A stretch of DNA of 63,705 nt, counting the filler, from Bonamia ostreae (lineage: Eukaryota), in the NCBI GenBank assembly GCA_040357525.1. It is 10 parts of 10 records of this genome, joined end to end, with 100 filler letters (N's around TTAATTAATTAA, not from the genome) between each part and the next. Parts side by side here need not be neighbours in the genome. Positions count along the whole stretch, not along the records: positions 32,066 to 38,356 come from JBDODL010000136.1; positions 38,457 to 44,740 come from JBDODL010000137.1; 8 more parts are not named here. The stretch is one strand, 5' to 3'. Below, one piece after another: positions 32,066 through 44,840 of the stretch; positions within the stretch are counted from its first letter, which is position 1; every line of letters begins with the position of its first letter. The notes below the pieces were generated by a model, which was not told the DNA's origin, did no database searches, and was given only the letters and a program-made list of their open reading frames with translations. Made by a program: the position numbers and the translations under genes.

Positions 32066-35000
32066 AACAATTCACTTTTCGGTGGAAGCAGCAACAGTTC
32101 TTCAAACTCTCTTTTCGGGAACACGAATAACCAAAACAACAATTTGTTCGGAAACGCTTCCAACAACAGTTTGTTCGGCGGCAACAATGCGACGAACTCT
32201 TCGAAGATTTTCGGGAACGCGAGTGCAAACAACCAATCGAACCAAAATTCAAATTTGTTTGGAGCGCAGAACCAGAGCGGCAGTCTGTTTGGGAGCGACG
32301 CTGCCAAAAGCAACAACACGTCACTGTTCGGAAACACGAGCAGCTCTTCTGGATCGCTTTTCGGGGAAAGCAAAAACAACAACTTGTTCGGAGCCAGCGC
32401 AAACAACAGTTTGTTTGGCGGAGGCAACAGTCAACAAAGTAATAGTTTGTTTGGAAACAACACCGGTTTCGGCGCCAACAGCGGCAGTCAAAACGCACAG
32501 AATTTGTTCGGCAACAGTTCAACTGGTAACAACAACAGTTCTTTGTTCGGCTCCGGAAGCAACGATCTCTTCGGCAACAATAAGCAAATCCAACTCAACT
32601 CGAATTTTCCGAACCAAACCAATTTATCCGGAAGCAAAAATGTCATTGGCGAAGTGTTCGGGAGCTTCATGAATGATTTTGACCGCAACGATCCGCGACA
32701 AATAGAGCGAAAAAGAGTTTTGCTTAAAGCCGTGACAGATACTTTGAACAACGTGAATGTCGAGAACGACGTCGGGCGGATTTTCGATCGTATTTTGGAA
32801 GTGGACTTCACCCAATTCATTGTGCCGACTGCATTAGGCGCTCGCTTTTTAGATTGGAATCCGTCTCAACAAACATCGGCAAATATGTCTCAACACAATA
32901 ATGCTAAATTTGCTCTTCCAACTTCGAGCAATAATTTGTTTGGTGGCAATAACAATGTAACTGGCAACAATAATAGCTCTCTGTTTGGTGGTAACAATAA
33001 CAATTCTTTGTTTGGTGGTAACAACAATACTGCCAACAACACCAATAATAATTCTTTGTTTGGTAGTAACAACAATACTGACAATCCCAATAATAGTTCT
33101 TTGTTTGGTAGTAACAACAATACAGTCAATACCAATATCAGTTCTTTGTTTGGTGGCAACAACAGTGGCACTAGTAATAATAATGCATCAAATCTATTCG
33201 GTGGAAGTAATAACAACGACAACACATTATCGAATTTGTTTGGCGGAAACAATAGTGCAAGTACCAACAACAATTCGTCAAATTTGTTCGACGTCGGGAA
33301 TAGCGTCAAAAACTCAACGAACAATGATATTGGTAACAAAGTAGATGATCCTTATGGATTTGGGTTTAATTAACTTAACTCTGTCTGTAGAATAAAATAC
33401 GATAAAAAAGAGATTTTAAAGCAAAGTTCCGCGCTTTCTTCTGTAATTGTTTCTAATGATAAAAACGAAAACAACATTGAAAATAAAAGTGCAAATGGAA
33501 ATAATATTTTTGGTGACAGCTCCGATAAAAATAAAAACGAAAATAATATTTTTGGTGACAGCTCCGATAAAAATAAAAATGAAAATAATATTTTTGGTGA
33601 CAGCTTCGATAAAAATAAAAATGGAAATAATATTTTTGGTGACAGTTCCAACAAAAATGGAAATGAAAATAATATTTTTGGTGACAGTTCTAACAAAAAT
33701 GGAAATGAAAATAATATTTTTGGAGACAGCTCCGATAAAAATAAAAACGAAAATAATATTTTTGATGGCACAAATGAAAATATACTTAAAAACACAAACA
33801 AATCGACCCCTAAAAAAGATGATGAAACAAATAAAACCAAACCACTCAAAAACTTTTTCGATGATTTAGATAACGAAGACAAAGATATAATTAACAAAAT
33901 CCAAAATCAAGATAACTCAACAAATTCGAACACAAAAAATACTGTCAACGAAAATTTGCCGCAAAAAGAAAACATCAAAGAAAAGTACGAGCGAAACTTG
34001 AGCTTTCCGATATTTACGCGCAAAAACTATTGGACCAAACCGATCAATCTGGAGAATCTGGATTCCTCGATAACGCTCGAAGAACTACAACATGTAGAGA
34101 ATTTTGAAATCGGGAATGAATTCGGGACTATCAGATGGAAAGGTGCTGTCGATTGTTCAAATGTCAATTTTGACAAATTGGTCAAAATCAATAAAACGAG
34201 CGTCGAGGTTTACCCAAATGACGATGAGAAACCGCCGAAGGTTTTTATATTTGTAAAATAATAAACCCGCGCTATTATAATAAATAAAATGTTTAATGTC
34301 GGGAGCTTAAAGTTGAGATTTAATTCTGCCACGCTCGATTTCATCTTTTGATTCGTAATGTGCCAAATCCTCGTACGCCTTAACGTCTGTGATTTCCCTG
34401 TTGTAAATATGATCACCAAACGACTTAGACGTCTGTCCCGGTGATCATGTTTACAACGGGAAATGACAGACGTCTAAGTCGTTTGAGGTTTTTTCGGCAT
34501 CGTTTTAGCTAAATTATATTGCAAAAATCTTAAATTTGGTTAAAATTGGTTTTCCAAAAATCAAATCTTCTGCAAATCAAATTTCCATAAATTAAATATT
34601 GTAAAACAAATGGTTCGATAAATTTAGCAAAATCGATCATAAACTAAAGTTTGAGAGAATTGACTAAAAAAATTCATGTTTAAAACGACTAAAATACAAT
34701 CTGATAAATAAAATGCGCCACATTAACGAAAATTATTAAATATCCGTTTAAAGGGAGATGAATTGAATAAACCTGCAGTGATAACATTTTTTGATGTCGG
34801 AAGACCTAAAAATATAAACGAAGTTAAAGTGCAGCAAAAATTCAAGCAATTCTTAAATAAACAAATCCTAGAAAATAACAAAGAAGCTGAATTTATTTCG
34901 TGGGACCTTGATTCAAACAAGACAGTTTTTGAAGTAAAGCACTTTACAAAATATGCTTTAAATATCGACGATTTTGATGAATCTGAGAAGTTTATAAAAA

Positions 35001-35218
35001 AAATTTAAGGGATTTCGACGAAAGTGAAAGTAGTGATTTTTTCTTTAATAAATCGGGTAAAAACACAGCATTGTGTAAAAGCAAATTAAAGCGATTTTCA
35101 TTTTCACGCTCTGGCGATTTAGTTGGTTTTAAAGAGAGAAGAATATTATTGCAGAAGAATTTTTTAGAAAAGAAAGGTTTTTTTTAAATTTAATGAAGAG
35201 GAGTTTAATGTAAATTAA
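32066..35218 (+). CDS. NUP98: Nucleoporin Nup98-like (FG repeats plus autoproteolytic domain), 5'-partial
   Basis: Many SLFG/NLFG repeats; YWTKP...VENFEIGNEFGTIRW...VEVYPNDDEKPPK-GDELNKPA...FEVKHFTKY. Confidence 0.9.
33490..33770 (+). repeat. Coding 42-bp tandem repeat (NENNIFGDSSDKNK, ~7 copies) in Nup98
   Basis: AATAATATTTTTGGTGACAG recurs every 42 bp in frame. Confidence 0.9.
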
Positions 35219-35371
35219 ATGGAAAAAGTTGAAATATTTAAGTGCATAATTTTTAGGTTTTGTAAAATTTAGGTTGTTGGCAAAAGTTCAATCATTTCGC
35301 TCTCGCCAATATAAACTATACTGTAAACATATAGTTAAAAATTAATAAAGATATTAGCCAAGAGCTTTTTA

Positions 35372-36698
35372 ATGGACAAAACAGTTTTCTGGGCTCAAAC
35401 ATATCGTCAAGAACATCTTATAAATTCGCCATGTAGGCGAGAAATGCCCATAGAATTAGAACTGAGATTAAAAAATCATTCTGTGCAGTATATTTACAAG
35501 TCTGGCACAATGCTTAAATTGTTTAATTTCTATTGNNNNNNNNNNNNNNNNNNNNNNNNNNNNNNNNNNNNNNNNNNNNNNNNNNNNNNNNNNNNNNNNN
35601 NNNNNNNNNNNNNNNNNNNNNNNNNNNNNNNNNNNATTTTAAATTGCAATTATTTTACTTTTAAACAAGTCTTAAAGTTTTGACTTTTTGGCAAATTTTG
35701 CAAATTGCAATTAAGAATTTTTGATTAAATTTCGCAAATTCAATTAATTTGGCGTTTTGAGCAAATTTTGCAAAAAGTGATTAATTTGACTTATAAAACG
35801 GTTTGACATTGTGGCCAAAATTGCTAAAATTCCAGAATAAAAGTTTGTAAAATAGGCCATATCAAGCAATAGCCACCGCATGTGTTTATCTCCACCATTT
35901 TTACATGCATTTTTTGGTAAAAGAAAATGAAAAATATAACGTTGCAAACGCTTGCATTTTCTTGGCCTCGAAGTCAGAAGAATGTAGGAAGTCGTTGAAG
36001 GACATCATCCGTTGCCAATTTTACCTTAGACAATCAAAGTCGCCCCAAAAGAATTCAAAGGTTTCGCGATTTACATCGCCAACTAAAGACATACATGTTG
36101 CTTCACGACGCGATAATAATCTCGGAATCGAAATTGCTTCAAGCCATCGATTTCTGTTTTAGTGTCAGCCATCCGTTTCAGTTTATTCACCCGGCGCTAC
36201 AATTCTTATTCGCCAATTCCAAAAAATCGGTTCTCCAAAACTATCAAAATTAACTTTTTGCGAGCAAAAAATAACTTTAGAAACCGGTTCACCAAAACAC
36301 TTTTTGCAATAAATTAAAAGTTGGACGGAAAGGACGAACAAGAAAAAGTTAAAGGCTTGTCAAAACTTGCATGGAACTTTGCAAACGACAGCTACAGAAA
36401 CACAGTCTGCTTATTTCACCCGCCGCAACACGTTGCGTTGGCTTGTGTCGAACTCGCTTTTCGCTACAACAACTGCGTGGCACAGATATTCGGAAAGGAT
36501 GAAATTTACGTTTCCCTTTATTGGTGGGAGATTTTCGATGATAACTTGAGTGAAAACATGTTGCTCTTCATCTGTGATAAAATTCTCGCGGTCTACAACG
36601 AGCAAGGGAAATATGTCAAAATGAGGCATTTAAGTAATTGTCTTTCGTTTAGAGAAAATCCGCCTTTGGGAGATGACTCAAAGTTGACTAATAAATAA
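35372..36698 (+). CDS. Transcriptional cyclin (cyclin T/K/L family)
   Basis: NSPCRREM..ELRL, ATACVYLHHFY, ACIFLASKSEE, AWNFANDSYR.VCL.HPPQHVALAC. Confidence 0.88.
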
Positions 36699-37137
36699 TT
36701 TTTCGTTGTTCAATTTTTCGTTTTTATTCAATTACGAGAAAAAATATTTAACGCTTTGAATTCTATCTTCTTTTTCAAGTCTTCGTCTCTTTCATTTATT
36801 CGGAAGACCATCTTCTTCGATTGACTTTAATATAAAGTTGCAAATCTCAAACAATCTATTTTCTACCTAAAAGCGATAAATTTTTGTGTTTGAGAATCCA
36901 ATTTCAAGACGTAAATTGCAAATAATCAACAAACACGAAAAATTTTAAATATTGCTGAAAATAATTATCAGGCGAATTAATAATATTTTTGTCGTAAACA
37001 GATTATCATTATCACAGGCGAAGAATTAAATATCTTCCACTTATAAGATGCTATAAATTTGTAGTTTAAAAAGAAATTTGAAAAATAAACGAGTTCAAAA
37101 AACGGCTATTTTTTCTGAACAATTGACGATAAAAAAA

Positions 37138-37203
37138 GGGATCAGAATTTGCGTAACACAACCAATTTAATCATAAATATCATATCACGGTTCATCACAT
37201 CCC
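37138..37203 (-). ncRNA. Candidate box C/D snoRNA (66 nt)
   Basis: Minus strand GGGA-T-GTGATGA...CTGA-TCCC: perfect C and D boxes with a terminal GGGA/TCCC stem in canonical spacing, internal ATGA and ATGATTA as D'/C' candidates; intergenic. Confidence 0.7.
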
Positions 37204-37789
37204 TTTAAGAACCTTTCCACTAGAAAGATCATTATTTGGGCTGTTTTTCGATGTATATATTATTTTTAATCCAATAAAATAAAATGGGATTTTATCAAAA
37301 TTTACTTTGAAAATTTTGAGTTTAAATTGTTTAAATTTTTATTGAAAAGAGTTTGTTTTGGAAGTATGTACAAATTTTTGGCATTTACAGCACTGAACAA
37401 TAGTTTGGTTAATGAAACGAGATATTTTAAACGAACGCTCAGAAACCTTAAAAATTTACTAATTCATAATTTTGTTCATTGAAAAAGTTAAAAAAAATAT
37501 GTGCTAAAATGGAGGTCAATTTTTTTATTTAAAATGTTTTTATTTCTCCTCTAACAAGTTGCTTCCATTGTTTTTTAAATTTATCGGTGGAAAATCATTT
37601 TGTTTAACAAGTTTTGCTTTGCGCGCGTTCCGAGAGATTTCGATGTTTCAGCGGGATTAAATAAGTTTTCGCTATCGTCTATAATAACAAAAAATAGAAT
37701 TCGCATCCCAAAACACAAAACCGGAAAATTATATAAACAGATTAAAAAAGAAAAACCGAGAGCTTAAAATTCTCACATAAACCGACAAA

Positions 37790-38356
37790 ATGAACTTGGC
37801 TTTTTTCTCAAAGATCTCAAAAGGGAAAAAGCACATCACTAATGACCAAATCTGCAAAATCATCCAGTCCCGCGGACTTTGTCTTGAAGACGTGCGCATA
37901 AAGGAAGCTCTCGACAGATTCAAAGAAAAAGAACAAGTTGACTTGGCCGCGTTCTCAGCAGCGCTAGAAAAAAACGATCTGTTGCACCGCATTTTCTCGC
38001 ACGATTTGGTCGTCCCCGAATGGGACGAGTTTGTAGACGAGATCACTTTGATTTTCAAAAGATGCGAAAAATTGAACGAAGGGAAAAAGTCCGTCATCAC
38101 TCCTTCGATCGAATTCGCGGACGACAACGACTTTGGTGTGTCCGTGTGCACCATCGACGGCCAGAGACTCGACCTCGGCGACACCGACGTCGACTTTTGT
38201 TCGCAAAGTTGTTCCAACGTCATTTCCTATTTGCTGGCCGTGCATCATCAAGGAAGTGACTTCGTCCACAAAAATGTCGGGAAAGAAGCTTGCGGCGAAA
38301 CCAACCGAAACCTCAATTTGAAGGAAATCAAAACGGAAGATGACAAGATCAAGTAC
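37790..38356 (+). CDS. Glutaminase-like protein, 3'-truncated, with altered catalytic motif
   Basis: GLCLEDVRI, VVPEWDEF, FGVSVCTIDGQR..GD...F.SQSCSN, VHKNVGKE. Confidence 0.85.
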
Positions 38357-38457
38357 NNNNNNNNNNNNNNNNNNNNNNNNNNNNNNNNNNNNNNNNNNNN
38401 TTAATTAATTAANNNNNNNNNNNNNNNNNNNNNNNNNNNNNNNNNNNNNNNNNNNNA

Positions 38458-39309
38458 ATGGCTATATTTTTGTTAAAATCAGTTAAGACCAACCTGCTCA
38501 ACTCTTTGAGAATACAGGAAATGCTAATGAGGCATTCAATTCATAATTTTATAATAATCAATTCTGGAATCAACACAAAAAACATTGTGATGGGGTTGGC
38601 AGATTCCAAAAACCCTGAAAAACTGATTTCCCTTAGAAACGCCAGAGAATCTGGGATAAATTTGTACAAACGTTTTAGTGGTGGAGGAACCGTTTTTGTA
38701 GACGAAAATACTTTCTTTGTGACTTTTATTTTTAATAAAAGCGGTTTTCTCAAAACTAAACCGGAAATCTGTGATCCGTCTGAAATTCTTCATTGGACTT
38801 TTCCTTTTTACAAAAAGGTTCAAGATTTAATTTAATTGTTCGGGAGAATTTAATTTTTTAAGGTATTCGAGTTTCCAGATTTTGCGATCAATGGCAGTGA
38901 CTATAGTTTCGGAGCCAGAAAGTTTGGCGGCAGTGCTCAAATGATATCGGGGAGACGTTTTGTACACCACACAAGCTTTCTTTGGGACTTCGATCTCGTT
39001 AAAATGGATGGCATTCTGAAAATTCCAAAAAAACAGCCTCAATACAGAAAAGATCGAACACACAAAGAATTTTTAATCGCATTGAAAAACCGTTTTAACG
39101 GCAAAAATGAAATTTTGAGTAAAATCGAATCAGTTGCATTATCTCACGATTTTGGGGAAAAAGTAGATACAAAAATCATTAGTTTGGACGAAGATCGTAT
39201 ATGCAAGTCAATAGACGATACCGACGACAAAAATTTGTTGAAAATCGGCGATTTTGATATTTTTATAAAGAAAAAACCAAAATTTCTTTCGAGAAAAATA
39301 AAATTTTAA
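38458..39309 (+). CDS. Lipoate-protein ligase A-like
   Basis: KRFSGGGTVFVD, KFGGSAQ, HHTSFLWD, PKKQPQYRKDRTHKEFL; one intron. Confidence 0.9.
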
Positions 39310-39681
39310 AATTTTTTTATTCAAATTATTACGGATCTACCAATTTAAAACCGAGAAATGTAAAAATTTACAACATTTACAATTTACAAACGAGTGAAGA
39401 CCTCTAAAAAATATATTTAATAGAACTTTAATCAAAGAAAATTTTTAAAATTTTGGGACTAAAAAAGATAAAGATTTAAATTGGCAATTTTGGAAACGAA
39501 CAAAAAAGATAAATTGAGTTATTGGGAAATGTCAGATCCGTATCTGTAAGGCAAGCCAATAATAGACAAGCCACTTATCAGAATCTGCAAATTTAGGACT
39601 TTCAATACTTTTCAAAGCCCATCGCAAGCCATTAAAATCTAATTTTTAATAACAATTTAAACTACTTTTTATATTGTAAAA

Positions 39682-40054
39682 ATGAGCAACACAGTAATTG
39701 CTCCGTCAAACTTAGTACCATCTAAAAACGCCAACGCGCTAGCTGGCGCGAAAAGCGACCCTTTCGAGCTAATATTAATGTCTCTCGACGAAGTCATTTA
39801 CGTAAAATGCAGAAATGACGTTGAGCTCAAAGGAAAACTTCACGTTTTAGCTGAAAATAAAATTACAAACACAAAAGTCCTACGACGAGCACTTAAACAT
39901 CATTCTCGAAGATGTTGTTGAAACAAAGGCGAAAAAAGAGTTTGACGTTTCGGTGGGAGAAGCTATTTTGCGAAAAGACATAAGGCGAATGGACATGTTG
40001 TTTGTTCGCGGAGACGCCGTAATGATGATATCTCCGCCTAGACGCACCAAATAA
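39682..40054 (+). CDS. LSM3: U6 snRNA-associated Sm-like protein LSm3
   Basis: [41 protein letters not shown]...MLFVRGDAVMMISPP; intron 39844-39877. Confidence 0.95.
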
Positions 40055-40378
40055 ATTTGCTCAAATATTTTCGTTTCGGCCAAATAAATCGTCGAAAAAG
40101 TACCTATTTTGTAAAAAATTGAAATATGCACATGTTTAATTTAATCCGTCGCCATTCAACAAATTCCTCGGTAAACGAGAAAGAAAGATGATGTATTTAA
40201 AAGGCAAATAATGCGAAACTATTCCGTAAAATAGGATAATCATCATTGCAATAATCTAAAAATATTTTTAAAAACGTAGTTCTGCACTAAATGTTTCCAA
40301 TATTGCGACTTGATTTTTTTCTAATTTTTAAGATTGTGAATCTGAACAAATTTAGTTTGATTTTAGATGAGCGAAAAA

Positions 40379-43300
40379 TTAAAAATTTGCAAAAACAGAG
40401 CCCAATTTGTTTAGATAGCACTTATCTTCGTAACTCATAACGTAGCTCATTGATTTGATTTTCTTTTTAATGCCCATTTGATTAAGGAATTGATTCAAGA
40501 GAGCCGATGCTGGTATCAAGGATAGACCGAACAGACAGCAATACAAAGATTGCCATTGTATGCCGACAGCCATTATTGTAGATGTCCAATAAAAAATGGC
40601 TATCCAAAAGAAAAGGTTTAGAAAGCTAACTTTGATTTAAATAGAAAACCCCAACACATTTTCAACTTGCTTTCAAGCTTGACCGAAAAGGTTTGTACGG
40701 CCACTGCATTCGATTCATAAGTATGCGTATTCTTATCCGTGTTTTCTTTAAAATTGCAAAATGGGATTTAAAAAAAAGGTCTATGTCGAAATCGATATCG
40801 AAATGCAATGATACCGCCTACAGCTCAAAACCCTCAACAACGCCTTGGCCTACCACTTCGGTTTGAACCTGGTAGCGTAGACGTTCAAAGGCAATGTAAA
40901 CTTTTAAACTACAAGGTCTCCAAAATTTTATAATATTATGAAGAGCGGCCAAGACGATTTTACATAACCGACGCAATATAAATAAAACCTTTTCGACAGG
41001 CGTCAGGAAAATGATGCCTGTATAATAAAAATAATTTCAAGAACGGTGCTTCATGGTCCTTAAAACCGTTTTCGACACATGTAACCATTGCTTCGATTAG
41101 AAATTTTTCCAAATCTCTAGTTTCCAGCAATTCCTCCGATTTAACTGTTGCATCCCCATAGCGGTTTACGATCAGTTCTACAATTTTCTTGTTATCTCCG
41201 CTATCAAAGAGTTGCTGCATTTCCTCGTTTTGTACTCCTTCCACAAATCTCAGACGTTGGAACTCTTGCGCAAACCCTTTTGTTACGTAAATTTATCAAC
41301 ATGAATCCATGCTGTAATCTATTTCAGTTCTCCAGTCTAAAGCGATAGAAGCTCTTTTTAAAAAGCTTATAGGGCGACTATTCTCTTTTACATATTTCTG
41401 CAATTTTTTGCTCTGTTTTCCTTTTCTGATATTCGGAATAGGAGGAATTTTTTCTACATATACGTTCTCAAGTTTATCGAGAAAGGTTGAATAATGTCTT
41501 TTCAAAAACTGTTCGAATCTATTTTGTTCTGCTCTAACCGCGACTTTCGCGACATATATGCTTTTTTTGAACAATCCAGCGCTTTTTTTCTCTAACGCGA
41601 TCACACGGATCTCATCTGTGCCAATCTTAGCACATAAAAATGGCTGGAAATCAAAATCTTTGTACTGGTGATGCATTCCAAAGATTGAGATGGTATCTTT
41701 TCACGATGTTTTAAAATAAGTTTTAGTACCGTTCGAGAAGATTAAATGGTAAATATTTAAATACAAACCTATGAAGCGCTATAAGAGAAAAAATAAACGT
41801 ATTAAAATAAATTAAATACAATTCAAAGTCTAATAAATAAATGCCGTGAAAAAATAGCAAAGGAGAGAAAATTGGGAAAATAATATAAATAAAAAATTGG
41901 GAAAATAAGAGAAAATAATATAGGAGAGAAAATTAGAGGGTCTCCAAAATTAGAGAAAATAATAAAAACAAATTGTTGCATCATTCGGAACTTGTTTCCC
42001 TTCAAAATCACGAATGGTTTTTCTATATACGTGTAATTCATCACCCCATATTACGGCAACAAAAATATGCATACATAAATCTTCATACAGCACGCTATCA
42101 ACATTATTTCCAATACACAATTCAGTTAATTCTAGCGCCGATTTAAACGGATGATTCATCTTATCTTGTGTTTGAGAACTATTAGTTACTAACGCCGAGT
42201 TTCTTCTGTAAGTTTTATTTTGGCTTATATGATGAAGTCCTTCTTTTTCTTGTGTGCATTTAAGTTGCTCCAAATAAATAGAATGTGTGTCTTGAGATGT
42301 TTTTTCTTTCTTGTCAAAAATTGCATCTCTCGCTTTGTTATGGTGGCTTAGAAAAGAAAATTTATGTTTTGGCTCGAGTTGCTTTGTTAATACAAGTAGA
42401 GTAGTTATAACCCATTTCATAACGCTTTTAATATCGTGTTTATCAGCATCATCGATATTAACCGTCAAATCTGACCATTGTAGTAGTTCTTCCAACAACT
42501 TTTCTTTTTGATAAATTATTAAATTGGAAATATTTTTCATTGCAAATGTTTTAAATCGCAAATTGATTTTTTAATTTGTCGCCTATCTGAGAGTTAATTT
42601 GTAATTTTGTTAACAAACTTAATATCTTACGATAATCTGGATCGTCTGCCAAGAGTAATGTTTTAATAGAGTTTAATTTACTTAATATTTCGTTTTCATC
42701 GGATAATGAATATTTTCTGAAATCCAAAACAACGAAGTGCATTTTAGAATGTGATAGAAGTCCATTTAATACTTCCGCAGTTGCATCTTTTACTGTAAAA
42801 GTATATACGTGATTTGTTTTATCTTTTCTTCCGACTACACAAGAACTGCCTTCATCCGTGAAGGCTTTATTTAATCTTCTTCTTGTTTCATCATCATCAT
42901 AACTGCTCATAACTCGCAAAATAAGATTTTGATCGTTATTGAACCAAGACAAAGGAAAAAAAAAGTCTCCAGCAGCTTTGTCAAAAGCATTTTCGTTATC
43001 TACTTCTTCCGTTATTCCCAATTCCAGCAAACTTCGTTTAATTTTATCTTCGCTCAAGTTGTGAATTCGTAATTTGAGTTTGAGGTCCAGGATAGAATGC
43101 CGAGAAGATTCTGTGACATCAAAAACTATTTTACTACCTAACAGTGCCTCTAAGTCATGAGTGAATTTTCTCAAAAACCAGAAATGGTGTTCATAATAAA
43201 CACTGTGCATTTTACTAAAAATAAAGGTAACTTCAACTGTTTTCAAAATGATTAAAGTCAAACCGCTATTCTCAAACGCTCCTTTGTTGACGAAGAGTTC

Positions 43301-43643
43301 AAGAGCTTTTGCCAAAAGGATGGATATTTCATGGCATGATCTGTAGTGTCTTATCATATCTGTGATTTCGTTTAGAAACAAATCGGACGATGATTTGTAA
43401 GTCTTTTTTCCCCACATACTGTAAAACCCTCCTTAAAGTTTAATTAAAAAACTCGATACTTCTTCCACCAATTCATCTCGACGTTCTAGCAGTTTTCCCG
43501 GCGACATTTTTTTTTCTAAAAGCAACCACGCAGCTTGATTAATATCTGATGCTAAGCTTTCAGATTGGTAGATTTCTGTTTTGTGTACTTTTATTGATTG
43601 GAAAAATGAAACCGAATCGAATTAAATTTTGTATATTATCCAT
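40379..43643 (-). CDS. Large lineage-specific hypothetical gene(s), multi-exon, with an apparent frameshift near 42560
   Basis: Consecutive minus-strand ORFs (288, 203, 126, 94 aa); first exons joined by GT-AG micro-introns from ATG 43643; no recognisable family. Confidence 0.5.
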
Positions 43644-44149
43644 TTTCAATAGTAGATATGGGTTAGTTTGTATTTGAACTAATATAAAACACGATTAAAC
43701 ATTAATTGAAACACATCGAAATCTTCACATGAAGATATCATATAAAACACTCCGTGCCACTTTATTATAAACCCTGTTCCAATTTGATATAACTATCGAA
43801 AATATAGAATTTTGTTACATTGGAGAGAGGATTTTAAAATTTTTTTGTTTTTTGCGTTTTTAGTGTTAGGTAATTATTAGGTAGAAGACATTTTAGACAT
43901 AAATTTAATATAGATTTTGCTGTTTTTGACTTGTTTAAGTGTTCCATTTAATTATAGCTACTGAATGAATTGGTTTTTAACAAATGATAAAAAGCATTTT
44001 TAATTAAAAATTCGCTTTTTATGTTATTGTTTTCTAGTAATTGACGTATCCCTTTTTAAAGGCTATAATATCGAAAATCCTTTTATTCATCGACAGAGTT
44101 AAATATCTAATCAATTTATTTTGTCAATTTGTGAGAAAATTTTGATTAT

Positions 44150-44600
44150 TTATTCCCGTAATTCATTTTTTTGATTTATATTATTTGTATTCATTATTTT
44201 CATAATATTTTTCCATTTTCGTAGATTTTTTTCTTCTAAAAAACCATAAATTTTCTATCGGGTTCAAATCCTATGAATTCGGAGGTCAAATCGTCAAAGG
44301 AACATTTTGTCTAGATATAAAAATACTTGTAATTTTTTCTGTATCAACATCAAATTTGATTTTTTTCAAAAACAGGGAAAAAATTTTCTTCAAAAATTCA
44401 ATATAACGCTCGGATGCCATTTTGACACCACAGTCATCCTAAATGGGCCCAAAAGTAAATCGTCTACGATGCCATCCCAAATAATAATTCTTATATTTAT
44501 CGACGGCTTTACACATCTTTTCTTGTTGTATTTCCAATTAAAACCATGTCTACATTTGCTCGATTCAATAGATTTCATTTCTTCTTCACAATTTTTGCAT
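44150..44600 (-). pseudogene. Decayed Tc1/IS630-type DDE transposase
   Basis: Minus strand gives IIIWDGI, MASERYIEFLKK and I*PPNS*DLNPIENLW (44244-44291), the WPxNSPDLNPIENLW motif with two in-frame stops. Confidence 0.85.
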
Positions 44601-44840
44601 TTCATTGATCTTGAGATCAAATTATTTTTCGCAGTTTTTATAAAAAATATTTTACAAATATTTACAATTGAGATTAAATTTGTCCATAGCAGTGATCTAA
44701 AAACAAAAATAGAATTTAATCGCACAAGGAGCTTCTTTCANNNNNNNNNNNNNNNNNNNNNNNNNNNNNNNNNNNNNNNNNNNNTTAATTAATTAANNNN
44801 NNNNNNNNNNNNNNNNNNNNNNNNNNNNNNNNNNNNNNNN

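Noticed and set aside
33490-33770. CRISPR-like regularly spaced repeats
   Set aside because: Tandem in-frame coding repeats of a nucleoporin, with no unique spacers and a eukaryotic context.
44261-44271. Pol III B-box GGTTCAAATCC suggesting a tRNA
   Set aside because: It is the antisense of the DLNP codons in the Tc1 fossil; no cloverleaf.
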